From the NCBI RefSeq assembly GCF_036507355.1, contig NZ_AP027877.1: a stretch of DNA of 64,000 nt, one strand, 5' to 3'. Both the position numbers and the translations under genes were made by a program. Numbering within the stretch: position 1 is the first letter of the stretch; each line of letters starts with the position of its first letter. The stretch comes from Escherichia coli (lineage in GTDB: Bacteria; Pseudomonadota; Gammaproteobacteria; Enterobacterales; Enterobacteriaceae). Under the pieces are notes generated by a model that saw only the letters and a list, made by a program, of their open reading frames with translations, had not been told where the DNA came from and did no database searches. Below are positions 22,587 to 35,315 of the stretch, one piece after another.

Positions 22587-23978
22587 TTATTTTTTAGAAT
22601 GCCGACCATATACCGCCCAGGTAATCACTACGCAGGCGATATAGAAAATCAAAAATACTTTCATTGCGCCGACTGGCGAACCCGTTAATGCCAGCGAGCT
22701 ACCAAACGCTTTCGGGATAAAGAAGCCACCAATCGCGCCAATCGCAGAGATGAAACCCAGCGCCGCCGCCGTGTCGGTTGCCGCTTCACGCATCGCACGT
22801 TCGTCAGAACCCCCTTCTGCTTTCACGCGATCCATTGTCAGTTTACGGAAGATCACTGAAATCATCTGGAAAGTGGAACCACTACCCAGCCCAGCTGTCA
22901 GGAACAGCGCCAGGAAGACCGCGAAGAACGCCATGAAGCTTCCGCCCTGCCCGTCAGTCGGTAAGGTCAGGAACAGCAGGCCGCTGAAAATCGCCATCAG
23001 AATAAAGTTCACCAGCGTGACACGAGTTCCGCCCAGACGGTCAGATAATGCACCACCTGCAGAACGCGCCAGCGCACCAATAAACGGCCCGAAGAAAGCG
23101 TATTGCAGAATCTGAACATCCGGGAACTGCGTTTTTGACAGCATCGCAAAGCCCGCGGAGAAGCCGATGAAGGAGCCGAAGGTTGCCAGATACAGCAGGC
23201 TCATAATCCACAGATGACCCCGTTTGAGTACCGGCAACTGCTCCTTGATGGAGGCTTTCGAGGTAGCAAGATCGTTCATGCCAAACCACGCCGCAATGGT
23301 GAAGATGGCAAGGAACGGCACCCATATCCAGGACGCATTCGCCAGATACAGCTCAGTCCCATCCGGCTGTTTGACGCCCTGGCTACCAAATACTGCGAAA
23401 ATCGACAGTGATACCACCAGCGGAGCAACCAACTGCATGACGCTGACGCCCATATTTCCCAGACCACCATTCAGACCCAGCGCGCCACCCTGCTTCTGTT
23501 TCGGAAAGAAGAAGCTGATGTTTGCCATACTGGATGCGAAGTTCGCGCCAGCAAAGCCGCACAGCAGAGAGATGATGATGAAGACGCTATAAGGCGTGGA
23601 GGTATCCTGCACGGCAAAACCCAGCCAGACGCAAGGAATAATCAGAATACCGGTGCTGAACGCCGTCCAGCGACGACCACCGAAGATAGGAACCATAAAG
23701 GAGTATGGAACACGTAATAACGCGCCAGAAACCGAAGGCAGCGCAGTCAACATAAATAGCTGATCGGTCGTAAAATTAAAACCGACTTTCGGTAAGTTCA
23801 CCGCAACAGCGCTGAACAACATCCATACGCAAAACGCCAGCAGCAGACAGGGAACGGAAATCCACAGGTTGCGGCTGGCAATACGTTGACCGCGTTGTTG
23901 CCAGAACGCAGGATCTTCCGGTCGCCAATCTGTAATGACAGCTCCAGTAGCCCTTTCTGGGGCGGATGAGTGACTCAT
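22587..23978 (-). CDS. narK: Nitrate/nitrite transporter NarK (MFS)
   Basis: MFS transporter; start placed at second Met (MSHSSAPERATGAVITDWRPEDPAFW...), two codons inside the track ORF. Confidence 0.9.
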   Translation of the reverse strand: MSHSSAPERATGAVITDWRPEDPAFWQQRGQRIASRNLWISVPCLLLAFCVWMLFSAVAVNLPKVGFNFTTDQLFMLTALPSVSGALLRVPYSFMVPIFGGRRWTAFSTGILIIPCVWLGFAVQDTSTPYSVFIIISLLCGFAGANFASSMANISFFFPKQKQGGALGLNGGLGNMGVSVMQLVAPLVVSLSIFAVFGSQGVKQPDGTELYLANASWIWVPFLAIFTIAAWFGMNDLATSKASIKEQLPVLKRGHLWIMSLLYLATFGSFIGFSAGFAMLSKTQFPDVQILQYAFFGPFIGALARSAGGALSDRLGGTRVTLVNFILMAIFSGLLFLTLPTDGQGGSFMAFFAVFLALFLTAGLGSGSTFQMISVIFRKLTMDRVKAEGGSDERAMREAATDTAAALGFISAIGAIGGFFIPKAFGSSLALTGSPVGAMKVFLIFYIACVVITWAVYGRHSKK

Positions 23979-24037
23979 AGACACCTCTGATACTCGTTTC
24001 GATGTCTGCCACCTTAGTGTCTGTAGCTAAAGGCAAT

Positions 24038-24089
24038 TTGATGTAAATCAAACGATAAGATAACTTTATCTATCATTGATATTTATCAT
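24038..24089 (-). promoter_or_regulatory. narK promoter: two FNR boxes (TTGATgtaaATCAA at 24038-24051; TTGATatttATCAT at 24076-24089) centred 38 bp apart
   Basis: Two FNR-consensus palindromes with the 38-bp centre spacing expected for the -41.5/-79.5 arrangement; NarL-like heptamers TACCCAT/TACCCTT just upstream; region is divergent with narX. Confidence 0.65.
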
Positions 24090-24316
24090 TACCCATAGTG
24101 AGTACAGTGATTTCATAAAAATTATGAGATTTTTCACGGTGCTGTAGAATCCCTACCCTTACCGATGTAAAGCGACTAACCACACGGCAAATAAGGAGTA
24201 ACTCTTTCCGGGTATGGGTATACTTCAGCCAATAGCCGAGAATACAGCCATTCCAGAATGTATCGTCACATTCATTAAGGTTATTGCTCATTTAAAGCCT
24301 GAAGGAAGAGGTTTAC

Positions 24317-26113
24317 ATGCTTAAACGTTGTCTCTCTCCGCTCACCCTGGTTAATCAGGTTGCGCTTATTGTGTTGCTTTCTACTGCTATTGGACTGGCA
24401 GGGATGGCGGTTTCTGGCTGGCTGGTGCAAGGCGTTCAGGGCAGCGCCCATGCGATCAACAAAGCGGGATCGCTGCGCATGCAAAGTTACCGTCTGTTGG
24501 CAGCAGTGCCATTAAGCGAGAAAGACAAGCCCTTAATTAAAGAGATGGAACAAACGGCATTTAGCGCCGAGTTGACTCGAGCAGCAGAACGAGATGGACA
24601 ACTGGCGCAATTACAGGGTTTACAAGATTACTGGCGTAATGAATTGATCCCTGCGCTGATGCGGGCACAAAACCGAGAAACGGTGTCAGCGGATGTCAGC
24701 CAGTTTGTTGCCGGGCTTGATCAGCTGGTATCTGGTTTTGACCGCACCACGGAAATGCGCATTGAGACAGTGGTACTGGTCCATCGGGTAATGGCGGTAT
24801 TTATGGCACTTTTACTGGTGTTCACTATTATCTGGTTGCGGGCGCGACTGCTACAACCGTGGCGGCAACTGCTGGCAATGGCGAGTGCCGTCAGCCATCG
24901 CGATTTTACCCAACGCGCAAACATCAGCGGGCGCAACGAAATGGCGATGCTTGGAACTGCGTTGAACAATATGTCTGCAGAACTGGCCGAAAGTTATGCC
25001 GTACTTGAGCAGCGGGTTCAGGAGAAAACCGCCGGGCTGGAGCATAAAAATCAGATCCTCTCTTTTTTATGGCAGGCTAACCGCCGTTTGCATTCCCGCG
25101 CCCCGCTGTGTGAACGCCTGTCACCTGTACTCAACGGCTTACAGAATTTAACCCTGCTACGTGATATCGAACTGCGGGTGTATGACACTGATGATGAAGA
25201 GAATCATCAGGAGTTTACCTGCCAGCCAGATATGACTTGTGATGATAAAGGCTGCCAGCTCTGCCCGCGCGGCGTATTACCCGTTGGTGATCGCGGCACG
25301 ACCCTGAAGTGGCGGCTGGCTGACTCTCATACGCAGTACGGTATTTTGCTGGCGACCCTGCCGCAGGGGCGTCATCTTAGCCATGATCAACAACAACTGG
25401 TGGATACCCTGGTTGAACAACTCACCGCCACGCTGGCGCTGGATCGGCATCAGGAACGTCAGCAACAGTTGATCGTGATGGAAGAGCGTGCCACCATTGC
25501 GCGCGAACTGCATGATTCTATTGCCCAATCTCTCTCTTGCATGAAGATGCAGGTGAGTTGTTTACAGATGCAGGGCGATGCGCTGCCAGAAAGCAGCCGC
25601 GAACTGTTAAGTCAGATCCGTAACGAACTGAATGCATCCTGGGCGCAGTTGCGTGAATTGCTCACCACATTCCGCTTGCAGCTCACCGAGCCTGGATTAC
25701 GTCCGGCGCTGGAGGCGAGTTGCGAAGAGTACAGCGCCAAATTTGGCTTCCCGGTGAAGCTGGATTATCAATTGCCGCCTCGTCTGGTGCCTTCGCATCA
25801 GGCAATCCACTTGTTGCAAATTGCCCGTGAGGCATTAAGTAACGCCCTCAAACATTCGCAAGCGAGTGAGGTCGTGGTGACGGTGGCGCAAAACGATAAT
25901 CAGGTCAAACTGACCGTCCAGGATAACGGCTGCGGCGTGCCTGAAAATGCCATCCGCAGCAATCACTACGGCATGATAATAATGCGCGACCGTGCGCAAA
26001 GTTTACGAGGCGATTGCCGCGTCCGCCGTCGTGAATCAGGTGGCACCGAAGTGGTGGTCACCTTTATTCCCGAAAAAACTTTCACAGACGTCCAAGGAGA
26101 TACCCATGAGTAA
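24317..26113 (+). CDS. narX: Nitrate/nitrite sensor histidine kinase NarX
   Basis: 598-aa [42 protein letters not shown]... with HAMP and HisKA_3/ATPase regions. Confidence 0.95.
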
Positions 26114-26756
26114 TCAGGAACCGGCTACTATCCTGCTGATTGACGATCACCCGATGCTGCGAACTGGCGTAAAACAGCTTATCAGTATGGCACCAGATAT
26201 CACCGTGGTTGGCGAAGCGAGTAATGGCGAACAGGGTATTGAACTGGCGGAGTCTCTTGATCCCGATCTGATCCTGTTAGATCTCAATATGCCCGGCATG
26301 AACGGTCTGGAAACGCTGGATAAACTGCGCGAAAAGTCCCTCTCAGGGCGCATTGTGGTATTCAGCGTCTCTAACCATGAAGAAGATGTGGTCACCGCAC
26401 TGAAACGCGGCGCGGATGGCTATCTGTTAAAAGATATGGAACCGGAAGATCTGCTGAAAGCATTGCATCAGGCAGCGGCTGGCGAAATGGTATTAAGCGA
26501 AGCATTAACGCCTGTTCTGGCCGCCAGCTTGCGCGCTAACCGTGCCACGACTGAGCGCGATGTTAACCAGTTAACCCCACGCGAGCGCGATATTCTCAAG
26601 CTGATTGCCCAGGGTTTGCCGAACAAGATGATTGCCCGCCGCCTGGATATCACCGAAAGCACAGTAAAAGTGCACGTCAAGCACATGCTGAAGAAAATGA
26701 AGCTCAAGTCTCGCGTGGAAGCAGCGGTATGGGTGCATCAGGAGCGCATTTTCTGA
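26106..26756 (+). CDS. narL: Nitrate/nitrite response regulator NarL
   Basis: Start at internal ATG 26106 ([25 protein letters not shown]...), overlapping narX stop (ATGA); LuxR-type HTH at C-terminus. Track ORF start at 25992 rejected. Confidence 0.93.
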
Positions 26757-28214
<1,458 letters not shown>

Positions 28215-28215
28215 A

Positions 28216-28319
<104 letters not shown>

Positions 28320-28336
28320 GAATACAGGAGTAAATA

Positions 28337-28690
28337 ATGCAAAAAATCGTGATCGTTGCCAATGGCGCTCCTTACGGGAGCGAATCCTTGTTTAACAGCT
28401 TGCGGCTGGCCATTGCGTTACGAGAGCAGGAGAGCAATCTGGATCTGCGTCTGTTCCTGATGTCTGATGCGGTCACAGCCGGGTTGCGCGGGCAAAAACC
28501 AGGGGAAGGCTACAACATTCAGCAAATGCTGGAGATCCTTACCGCTCAGAATGTACCGGTGAAATTGTGCAAAACCTGTACCGACGGGCGCGGGATTAGC
28601 ACACTTCCTCTTATTGATGGGGTGGAAATCGGTACTCTTGTGGAACTGGCGCAATGGACGCTGTCAGCCGATAAAGTGCTCACATTTTAA
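28337..28690 (+). CDS. ychN: DsrE/DsrF-like protein YchN
   Basis: 117-aa ORF MQKIVIVANGAPYGSESLFNSLRLAIALREQ... Confidence 0.9.
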   Translation: MQKIVIVANGAPYGSESLFNSLRLAIALREQESNLDLRLFLMSDAVTAGLRGQKPGEGYNIQQMLEILTAQNVPVKLCKTCTDGRGISTLPLIDGVEIGTLVELAQWTLSADKVLTF

Positions 28691-28733
28691 TGTTTGAGGG
28701 GGCGTCTGACGCCCCACTATGAGGGAAGTTTAC

Positions 28734-29429
28734 TCAGGCGAATCCCGGCCTTAACACACCATCCGGATAATTCTCCGCCAGCAGTTTTTTTACCGATACC
28801 AGCAAATCATTCAGCCCATCGTCCTGCATTCCCAGTTTGATAAGCTCCTGTTCCAGTGAAAACAGGTATTGTGCGTTGGTTCCCAGCGGACCGCTCGCCG
28901 CCGCAATCAACGGCGCTATGACCTGAGCGCGAGTGTCAGATTCATATTCTGGATGTCGCGGGTCCATAATAAACACAATGGCGTTTACTGTGCGTCCATC
29001 ATCAAGATCAAGCTGGCACCAGGTTGGCAGATAACAGCCGGTAATCATCTCTCGCTTCCACAACAGGGTTAGTTCCTGCTCCAGCGTCTCTTCAGGCAGT
29101 CGATAGGCGACGCCTGTGGTGCGTCCGCCCTCTTTCAGTGCAAGCATCCGTCCCGGCTGGTGCGCAGTCCCGCGCCCGGCGGTCAGGCGCAGGCAAAACG
29201 CGCGATGCCATCCAACCAGTGTACCGGTGCACGATTCGGTAAACTCCAGTGCCGGATTCCACATCAACGATCCATAACCGAAGATCCACACTGGTCCCTC
29301 ATCAGGTCGACAAGCCAGCGTCGCCGCCAGCGAAGCCGCCCGTTGTTCTGCTGACCATAAGAGTGATTCTTCAATGGCACCAAATGCCGTTTTACAATCG
29401 GCATTCATCAAGAAATCACGCGTTATCAC
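28734..29429 (-). CDS. chaC: Glutathione-specific gamma-glutamylcyclotransferase ChaC
   Basis: ChaC-like YGSLMW motif; start tentatively placed at in-frame GTG (..VITRDFLMNADCK..) 12 codons inside the track ORF, based on remembered protein length. Confidence 0.75.
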   Translation of the reverse strand: MITRDFLMNADCKTAFGAIEESLLWSAEQRAASLAATLACRPDEGPVWIFGYGSLMWNPALEFTESCTGTLVGWHRAFCLRLTAGRGTAHQPGRMLALKEGGRTTGVAYRLPEETLEQELTLLWKREMITGCYLPTWCQLDLDDGRTVNAIVFIMDPRHPEYESDTRAQVIAPLIAAASGPLGTNAQYLFSLEQELIKLGMQDDGLNDLLVSVKKLLAENYPDGVLRPGFA

Positions 29430-29586
29430 CTTACACCTCCGCCACTGCATACTTCCCTGCGACAACTTTTTGGTGTCTTCCGGACATTTTTACTGCTCAT
29501 TTTGAAACCACTAACGGGACAATATGCAATCCACGGACCACTTGCAAGGCAACACCGCACGAATAGCTTTAACTAAGCTACCGGTT

Positions 29587-29817
29587 TTACGATTTTTTAT
29601 GCCATTTATCATCATCCCCTTTGGCATATTCATGCTTCACAGCAGCCCAGGCCACTTTATGCGCGGTTTCTTCGCGACTGGCGTCATCACGCCGATCTTC
29701 TTTATCTTTATATTGATCCCATGCGCTGTTGAACGCTTCTTTATAGATATCCTGGGCATGAGACGGTAGAACGTGCTTTACGCTTTCCGGCAGATCGCTT
29801 TTCGTTTTATACGGCAT
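29587..29817 (-). CDS. chaB: Cation transport regulator ChaB
   Basis: 76-aa ORF MPYKTKSDLPESVKHVLPSHAQDIYKEAFNSAWDQYKDKEDRRDD... Confidence 0.93.
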   Translation of the reverse strand: MPYKTKSDLPESVKHVLPSHAQDIYKEAFNSAWDQYKDKEDRRDDASREETAHKVAWAAVKHEYAKGDDDKWHKKS

Positions 29818-30086
29818 CGTTGACTCCTTTTACAAAGTTGAACATTAAGTGTGGTCAACAATATCTACTCTTGCCAAAACATGAGAATTTTCATGTCAGA
29901 CTGTTCTTAAGAAACGCTAAAACAAACATTGTCTAAACGTATTACTTATTTTTATGTCTCAATGAGTAAAAAATCGACAGCGGGGTAAAAATTCGTAAAA
30001 TGTTACCGATATCCAGACACTTTCTGTTATTTTTCCTACCTATTTTTTACATTTTCGATAAATTCATCTGCAAAGGGATAACCATA

Positions 30087-31187
30087 ATGTCAAATGCTCA
30101 AGAGGCGGTAAAAACCCGCCACAAGGAGACTTCGCTTATTTTCCCGGTTCTGGCGCTGGTAGTGCTGTTCCTGTGGGGAAGCAGCCAGACACTACCAGTG
30201 GTCATTGCCATCAATCTTCTTGCGCTTATTGGTATTTTAAGTAGCGCCTTTAGTGTTGTCCGTCATGCGGACGTATTAGCCCATCGCCTGGGAGAACCTT
30301 ACGGTTCGCTTATTCTTAGCCTTTCAGTGGTTATTCTTGAAGTTAGTTTGATTTCAGCTTTAATGGCAACTGGCGACGCCGCGCCAACGCTAATGCGTGA
30401 TACGCTCTATTCGATCATTATGATTGTTACCGGTGGGCTGGTCGGCTTTTCATTATTGTTGGGCGGTCGTAAGTTTGCCACCCAATATATGAATCTGTTT
30501 GGTATTAAGCAGTATTTAATTGCGCTGTTCCCCCTGGCGATAATCGTACTGGTATTTCCAATGGCTCTGCCTGCGGCGAATTTTTCAACCGGTCAGGCGT
30601 TACTGGTAGCATTAATTTCTGCGGCAATGTATGGCGTATTTTTGCTGATCCAGACCAAAACGCATCAAAGTTTGTTTGTCTACGAGCACGAAGATGACAG
30701 TGATGACGACGACCCGCACCACGGTAAACCGTCTGCCCATAGCAGCCTGTGGCATGCTATCTGGTTGATTATCCACCTGATTGCCGTTATTGCAGTCACC
30801 AAAATGAACGCCAGCCCGCTGGAGACTTTGCTCGACAGCATGAATGCCCCTGTCGCCTTTACTGGCTTCCTGGTGGCACTGTTGATTCTGTCGCCGGAAG
30901 GTTTAGGTGCATTAAAAGCAGTGTTGAACAACCAGGTCCAGCGCGCGATGAATCTGTTCTTTGGTTCAGTGTTAGCAACAATTTCGCTTACCGTACCTGT
31001 CGTCACGCTAATTGCCTTTATGACGGGTAACGAATTGCAGTTTGCACTTGGTGCGCCAGAAATGGTGGTGATGGTGGCCTCTTTAGTGCTGTGCCATATC
31101 TCCTTCTCCACCGGACGTACTAACGTGCTCAATGGCGCAGCGCATCTGGCACTGTTTGCCGCCTATTTGATGACGATATTTGCCTGA
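30087..31187 (+). CDS. chaA: Na+/K+:H+ antiporter ChaA (CaCA family)
   Basis: Start at internal ATG 30087 (MSNAQEAVKTRHKETSLIFPVLALVV...); track ORF 5' extension rejected. Confidence 0.9.
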   Translation: MSNAQEAVKTRHKETSLIFPVLALVVLFLWGSSQTLPVVIAINLLALIGILSSAFSVVRHADVLAHRLGEPYGSLILSLSVVILEVSLISALMATGDAAPTLMRDTLYSIIMIVTGGLVGFSLLLGGRKFATQYMNLFGIKQYLIALFPLAIIVLVFPMALPAANFSTGQALLVALISAAMYGVFLLIQTKTHQSLFVYEHEDDSDDDDPHHGKPSAHSSLWHAIWLIIHLIAVIAVTKMNASPLETLLDSMNAPVAFTGFLVALLILSPEGLGALKAVLNNQVQRAMNLFFGSVLATISLTVPVVTLIAFMTGNELQFALGAPEMVVMVASLVLCHISFSTGRTNVLNGAAHLALFAAYLMTIFA

Positions 31188-31436
31188 CAGTTATATCTCC
31201 TCCGATGACGGAAATCGGGGGAGATAATATAAATTCCTGCTTATTGTATTTCTTCATACTACCTGGACAGGTCGTTAATCAGAATTGCGAGCCTGTACCA
31301 CAACCTGCACGAAACCACTGCAACAGCTGTTGAAAAGCCGGAATGTACTCTTCATTGCAAACATTTCAGGGATGAAGTGAAGATGAATTGAGACGTAGTA
31401 TCCACACCAAGCCGGCGTTATCCGGTGAGGCGCAAT

Positions 31437-31539
31437 GTTGCGGGGGCTTTATCCCTGGTGGCATTGGTTGCTGGAAAGAGAAAACCCCCGCACGTTGAGA
31501 GGTAAAACCTGACAACAGAACGGGGGCTAATCTTGAACC
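31437..31539 (-). ncRNA. rdl: Rdl antisense RNA (type I antitoxin), copy 1; coordinates approximate
   Basis: Minus-strand sequence ...GATTAGCCCCCGTTCTGTTGTCAGG...CGTGCGGGGGTTTTCTCTTTCCAGCAACCAATGCCACCAGGGATAAAGCCCCCGC matches remembered Rdl RNA, complementary to the ldr 5' leader. Ends not determined. Confidence 0.4.
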
Positions 31540-31592
31540 ATCAACAATTCAAGAATAGCCGCAAAATGTTGTCATTACAACAAGGCGGCTAT

Positions 31593-31700
31593 ATGACGCT
31601 CGCGCAGTTTGCCATGATTTTCTGGCACGACCTGGCAGCACCGATCCTGGCGGGAATTATTACCGCAGCGATTGTCGGCTGGTGGCGTAACCGGAAGTAA
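31593..31700 (+). CDS. ldr: Small toxic membrane peptide Ldr (35 aa), type I toxin, copy 1
   Basis: ATG 31593 to TAA 31700 encodes MTLAQFAMIFWHDLAAPILAGIITAAIVGWWRNRK; followed by hairpin terminator gggccgcagg...cctgcggccc plus T-run (31749-31781). Confidence 0.85.
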   Translation: MTLAQFAMIFWHDLAAPILAGIITAAIVGWWRNRK

Positions 31701-31841
31701 GGCGAAAACGGGCGTCAGGCTGCCGTGATGGCAATATGCGCCCGAAACGGGCCGCAGGGGTAACAGCCTGCGGCCCTTTTTGTCTTTATCTCTTCCACAA
31801 GTAAATATTGGCAACCCGAGCTGGAAGCATCATTCAGAGCA

Positions 31842-32043
31842 CTCATGAAACGACTGTAACAGCTGTTGAAAAACCGGAATGCACTCTTCATTGCAAACAT
31901 TTCAGGGATGAAGTGAAGATGAATTGAGTCGTAGTATCCACACCAAGCCGGCGTTATCCGGTGAGGCGCAATGTTGCGGGGGCTTTATCCCTGGTGGCAT
32001 TGGTTGCTGGAAAGAGAAAACCCCCGCACGTTGAGAGGTACAA
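31842..32043 (+). repeat. LDR unit 2, 5' half (ldr promoter/leader and rdl region), truncated by IS insertion
   Basis: Near-identical to 31297-31500 up to ...cacgttgagaggta, where the IS3-family left end begins. Confidence 0.8.
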
Positions 32044-32061
32044 TGAATCGCCACGGATAAT

Positions 32062-32874
32062 CTAGACACTTCCGAGCCGTTGATAATACTGGTTTTCATA
32101 TTCTGTCGGTGACATCTGATCGCTGGAACCATGCCGACGCTTACTGTTATAAAACATTTCGATGTAATCAAAAATATCGCTGCGGGCTTCTTCCCGCGTT
32201 CCGTAGATCTTTTTCTTTATCCGTTCGCGTTTCAACAACTGGAAAAAGCTTTCTGCAACCGCATTATCATGGCAGTTACCGCGACGGCTCATGCTGCCAT
32301 CCAGGCCGTGTGATTTCAGGAACGACTGCCACTCATGGCTTGTGTACTGACTGCCCTGATCCGAATGAACCAGCACCTGTTTTTGGGGATTACGGCGCCA
32401 TACAGCCATCAGCAGTGCGTTCAGGACAATGTCCTTTGTCATCCGGGATTGCATGGACCAGCCGATAATTTTGCGTGAGAACAGATCAACAACCACGGCA
32501 AGATACAGCCAGCCTTCGTGGGTCCTGATGTAGGTTATGTCCGTTACCCAACGCTTATCCGGAGCATCCGGATTGAACTGTCGCTGGAGCCTGTTGGGCG
32601 ACACGATACTGGCCTCGCCTTTACGTGCCCGCGGGCTCCGGTATCCGACCTGAGCCTTTATCCCGACACGTTTCATCAGTCGCCAGACTCTGTTCACTCC
32701 GCACTGTTGCCCGCTGTCCCGCAGATCCAGATGGATTTTGCGATAACCATAGACGCATCCCGATTCCAGCCAGAACTGTTTAATCTGCCCTGTCAGCCTC
32801 AGGTCTGCCTGATGGCGTTGTGAATGCGGCTGCTGAAGCCAGGCGTAAAAACCACTGGGATGAACATCCAGCAC
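32062..32874 (-). CDS. IS3-family transposase OrfB (DDE integrase domain), expressed by -1 frameshift from OrfA
   Basis: Contains WVTDITY...HSDQGSQYTS...GNCHDNAVAESFF DDE catalytic region typical of IS3-family OrfB. Confidence 0.8.
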   Translation of the reverse strand: MLDVHPSGFYAWLQQPHSQRHQADLRLTGQIKQFWLESGCVYGYRKIHLDLRDSGQQCGVNRVWRLMKRVGIKAQVGYRSPRARKGEASIVSPNRLQRQFNPDAPDKRWVTDITYIRTHEGWLYLAVVVDLFSRKIIGWSMQSRMTKDIVLNALLMAVWRRNPQKQVLVHSDQGSQYTSHEWQSFLKSHGLDGSMSRRGNCHDNAVAESFFQLLKRERIKKKIYGTREEARSDIFDYIEMFYNSKRRHGSSDQMSPTEYENQYYQRLGSV

Positions 32875-32930
32875 CCGACAGAGCAGGCGAACAGGCCAGC
32901 AACAGGTGTTGTCACGGATAAAGGCGTACC

Positions 32931-33215
32931 TCAGTCGGACAGCTTTGCGAAGTACGCCGCGGCTTTTTTTAATATGTCCCGTTCGTCGGTAACCCGCTTC
33001 AGCTCTTTCTGGAGACGGCGGATCTCGGCCTGAGCATCTGACTGTTCTTTATTAGCGGAAGAATCCGGACCGTACTTCTTTATCCAGGCGTAAAGGCTGT
33101 GGGTGGTGATATCGAGACGTGTTGCAACGCTGGCAACAGAATAACCGCGATCAACAACCTGTTTGACTGCTTCAATTTTAAACTCTTCGGGATAACGCTT
33201 ACCGCTCATGGGCAC
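32931..33215 (-). CDS. IS3-family transposase OrfA (HTH, leucine zipper)
   Basis: 94-aa ORF MPMSGKRYPEEFKIEAVKQVVDRGYSVASVATRLDITTHSLYAWIKKYG...RDILKKAAAYFAKLSD. Confidence 0.8.
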   Translation of the reverse strand: MPMSGKRYPEEFKIEAVKQVVDRGYSVASVATRLDITTHSLYAWIKKYGPDSSANKEQSDAQAEIRRLQKELKRVTDERDILKKAAAYFAKLSD

Positions 33216-33272
33216 CTCTCTTTAAGCCATCTTAAATGACTCTGAGGTGTCTGTTAAACCCGTGGCGATTCA

Positions 33273-33550
33273 ACCTGACAACAGAACGGGGGCTAATCTT
33301 GAACCAGAACAATTCAAGAATAGCCGCAAAATGTTGTCATTACAACAAGGCGGCTATATGACGCTCGCGCAGTTTGCCATGACTTTCTGGCACGACCTGG
33401 CAGCACCGATCCTGGCGGGGATTATTACCGCAGCGATTGTCGGCTGGTGGCGTAACCGGAAGTAAGGTGAAAACGGGCGTCAGGCTGCCGTGATGGCAAT
33501 ATGCGCCCGAAACCGGCCGCAGGGGTAACAGCCTGCGGCCTTTTTTGTAT
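33273..33550 (+). repeat. LDR unit 2, 3' half carrying second ldr ORF
   Basis: Near-identical to 31501-31790; resumes right after the IS right end. Confidence 0.8.
33358..33465 (+). CDS. ldr: Ldr toxin peptide copy 2 (35 aa; Ile9Thr variant), separated from its leader by the IS
   Basis: Encodes MTLAQFAMTFWHDLAAPILAGIITAAIVGWWRNRK; terminator hairpin at about 33517-33549. Confidence 0.8.
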   Translation: MTLAQFAMTFWHDLAAPILAGIITAAIVGWWRNRK

Positions 33551-33612
33551 CCGGCACCCATAAAAAAAGTCTTAACGCAGAACGCTAAGACTTTATTTTT
33601 CAAACAAAAAGA

Positions 33613-34476
<864 letters not shown>

Positions 34477-34502
34477 TTAATCTTGAGTAAAATGTCGATT
34501 AA

Positions 34503-35312
34503 TTAATGCAGCACAATATGTTTATGCGCGATGTTATTTATTTGCGCACGGATCATTTCGCTGATCGGGTCTTCCGGACATTGTTCAACGAAATAACTTA
34601 AATCGTTCAACGCAACGTGTTCGCAATCCAGTTGCGCATAAATCAACCCGCGATCGCGAATTTCATAGGGATCTTCAGGGTTGAATTGTAATAAAGCTTC
34701 GCTGGTGCGTAACGCCAGCTCCATCTGATTTTCTTCCATCAACGAGGCTTTGAGTGTATCCAGCAATTTGCGGATTACCTCAATGTTATCAGCTTCATCA
34801 AGGTCTTCATAAAACAGTTCCGCCGACGGGCTGATATTTCCCTTTAACCATACGTCCAGCATATGTTCGCTTAACGATTCACCGTTAAAAGGATTAATCA
34901 GCCAAATTTCGCCATCCGGACATTCAATGCGCAATATCAGCTGCGTAGGGAAAATCACCGGCAGCAGCGGCAAATCGAGACGATTCGCGACCCATAATAA
35001 AACCGCACCTAATGATACCGCACTGCCCTGTCGATTCTTTAACACCTGGTCCAGCCATAATGCATCGGAAAGACGATAAACGCCGCGTGAGGCTTTAAAT
35101 CCCCAGTCGCCGTAAAACAGCGCGATCAGTTTTTCCAGCTGCTCTTCTAAAGGCAGAAGCTGGCTGATTTCTTCCTTCGCCAGACTAACGAGACGCTCCA
35201 GTTCGTCGTAAACATCTTGCGAGGGAAAATCGCGGCGGATTGCTTCGCAAGCCAGGATCATGCCTTCGCACAATGGCGCTTTATTAAATTCGAAATCAGC
35301 TAACGATCTCAT
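34503..35312 (-). CDS. sirB1: SirB1/YchA family protein (transglutaminase-like/TPR)
   Basis: 269-aa ORF MRSLADFEFNKAPLCEGMILACEAIRRDFPSQDVYDELERL...; operon position after prmC-sirB2. Confidence 0.85.
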   Translation of the reverse strand: MRSLADFEFNKAPLCEGMILACEAIRRDFPSQDVYDELERLVSLAKEEISQLLPLEEQLEKLIALFYGDWGFKASRGVYRLSDALWLDQVLKNRQGSAVSLGAVLLWVANRLDLPLLPVIFPTQLILRIECPDGEIWLINPFNGESLSEHMLDVWLKGNISPSAELFYEDLDEADNIEVIRKLLDTLKASLMEENQMELALRTSEALLQFNPEDPYEIRDRGLIYAQLDCEHVALNDLSYFVEQCPEDPISEMIRAQINNIAHKHIVLH

Positions 35313-35315
35313 GAC

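Larger units (their letters stand above)
31297..31790 (+). repeat. Long direct repeat (LDR) unit 1 carrying ldr toxin gene and antisense rdl
   Basis: About 0.5-kb unit whose 5' half (31297-31500) is repeated at 31842-32040 and whose 3' half (31501-31790) is repeated at 33273-33550. Confidence 0.8.
32044..33272 (-). mobile_element. IS3-family insertion sequence (about 1.23 kb) inserted into LDR unit 2
   Basis: Imperfect terminal inverted repeats TGAATCGCCACGG... at both ends (TG...CA); orfA/orfB pair with A7G slippery motif (AAAAAAAG) near 32977-32984; flanked by CAA on the left and CAA/ACC on the right (TSD ambiguous). Confidence 0.75.

Noticed and set aside
25992-26105. 5' extension of narL in the track ORF (also upstream extensions for oppA, hemA, chaA, prs, rssA, chaC, ychJ)
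   Set aside because: Extensions overlap the upstream gene or lack an RBS; internal starts give the remembered protein N-termini and show proper RBS or overlap-coupling.
31575-31814. 79-aa minus-strand ORF (and its twin at 33340-33603)
   Set aside because: Antisense to the ldr toxin peptide genes and duplicated only because the LDR unit is duplicated; the true coding feature is the 35-aa plus-strand Ldr peptide.
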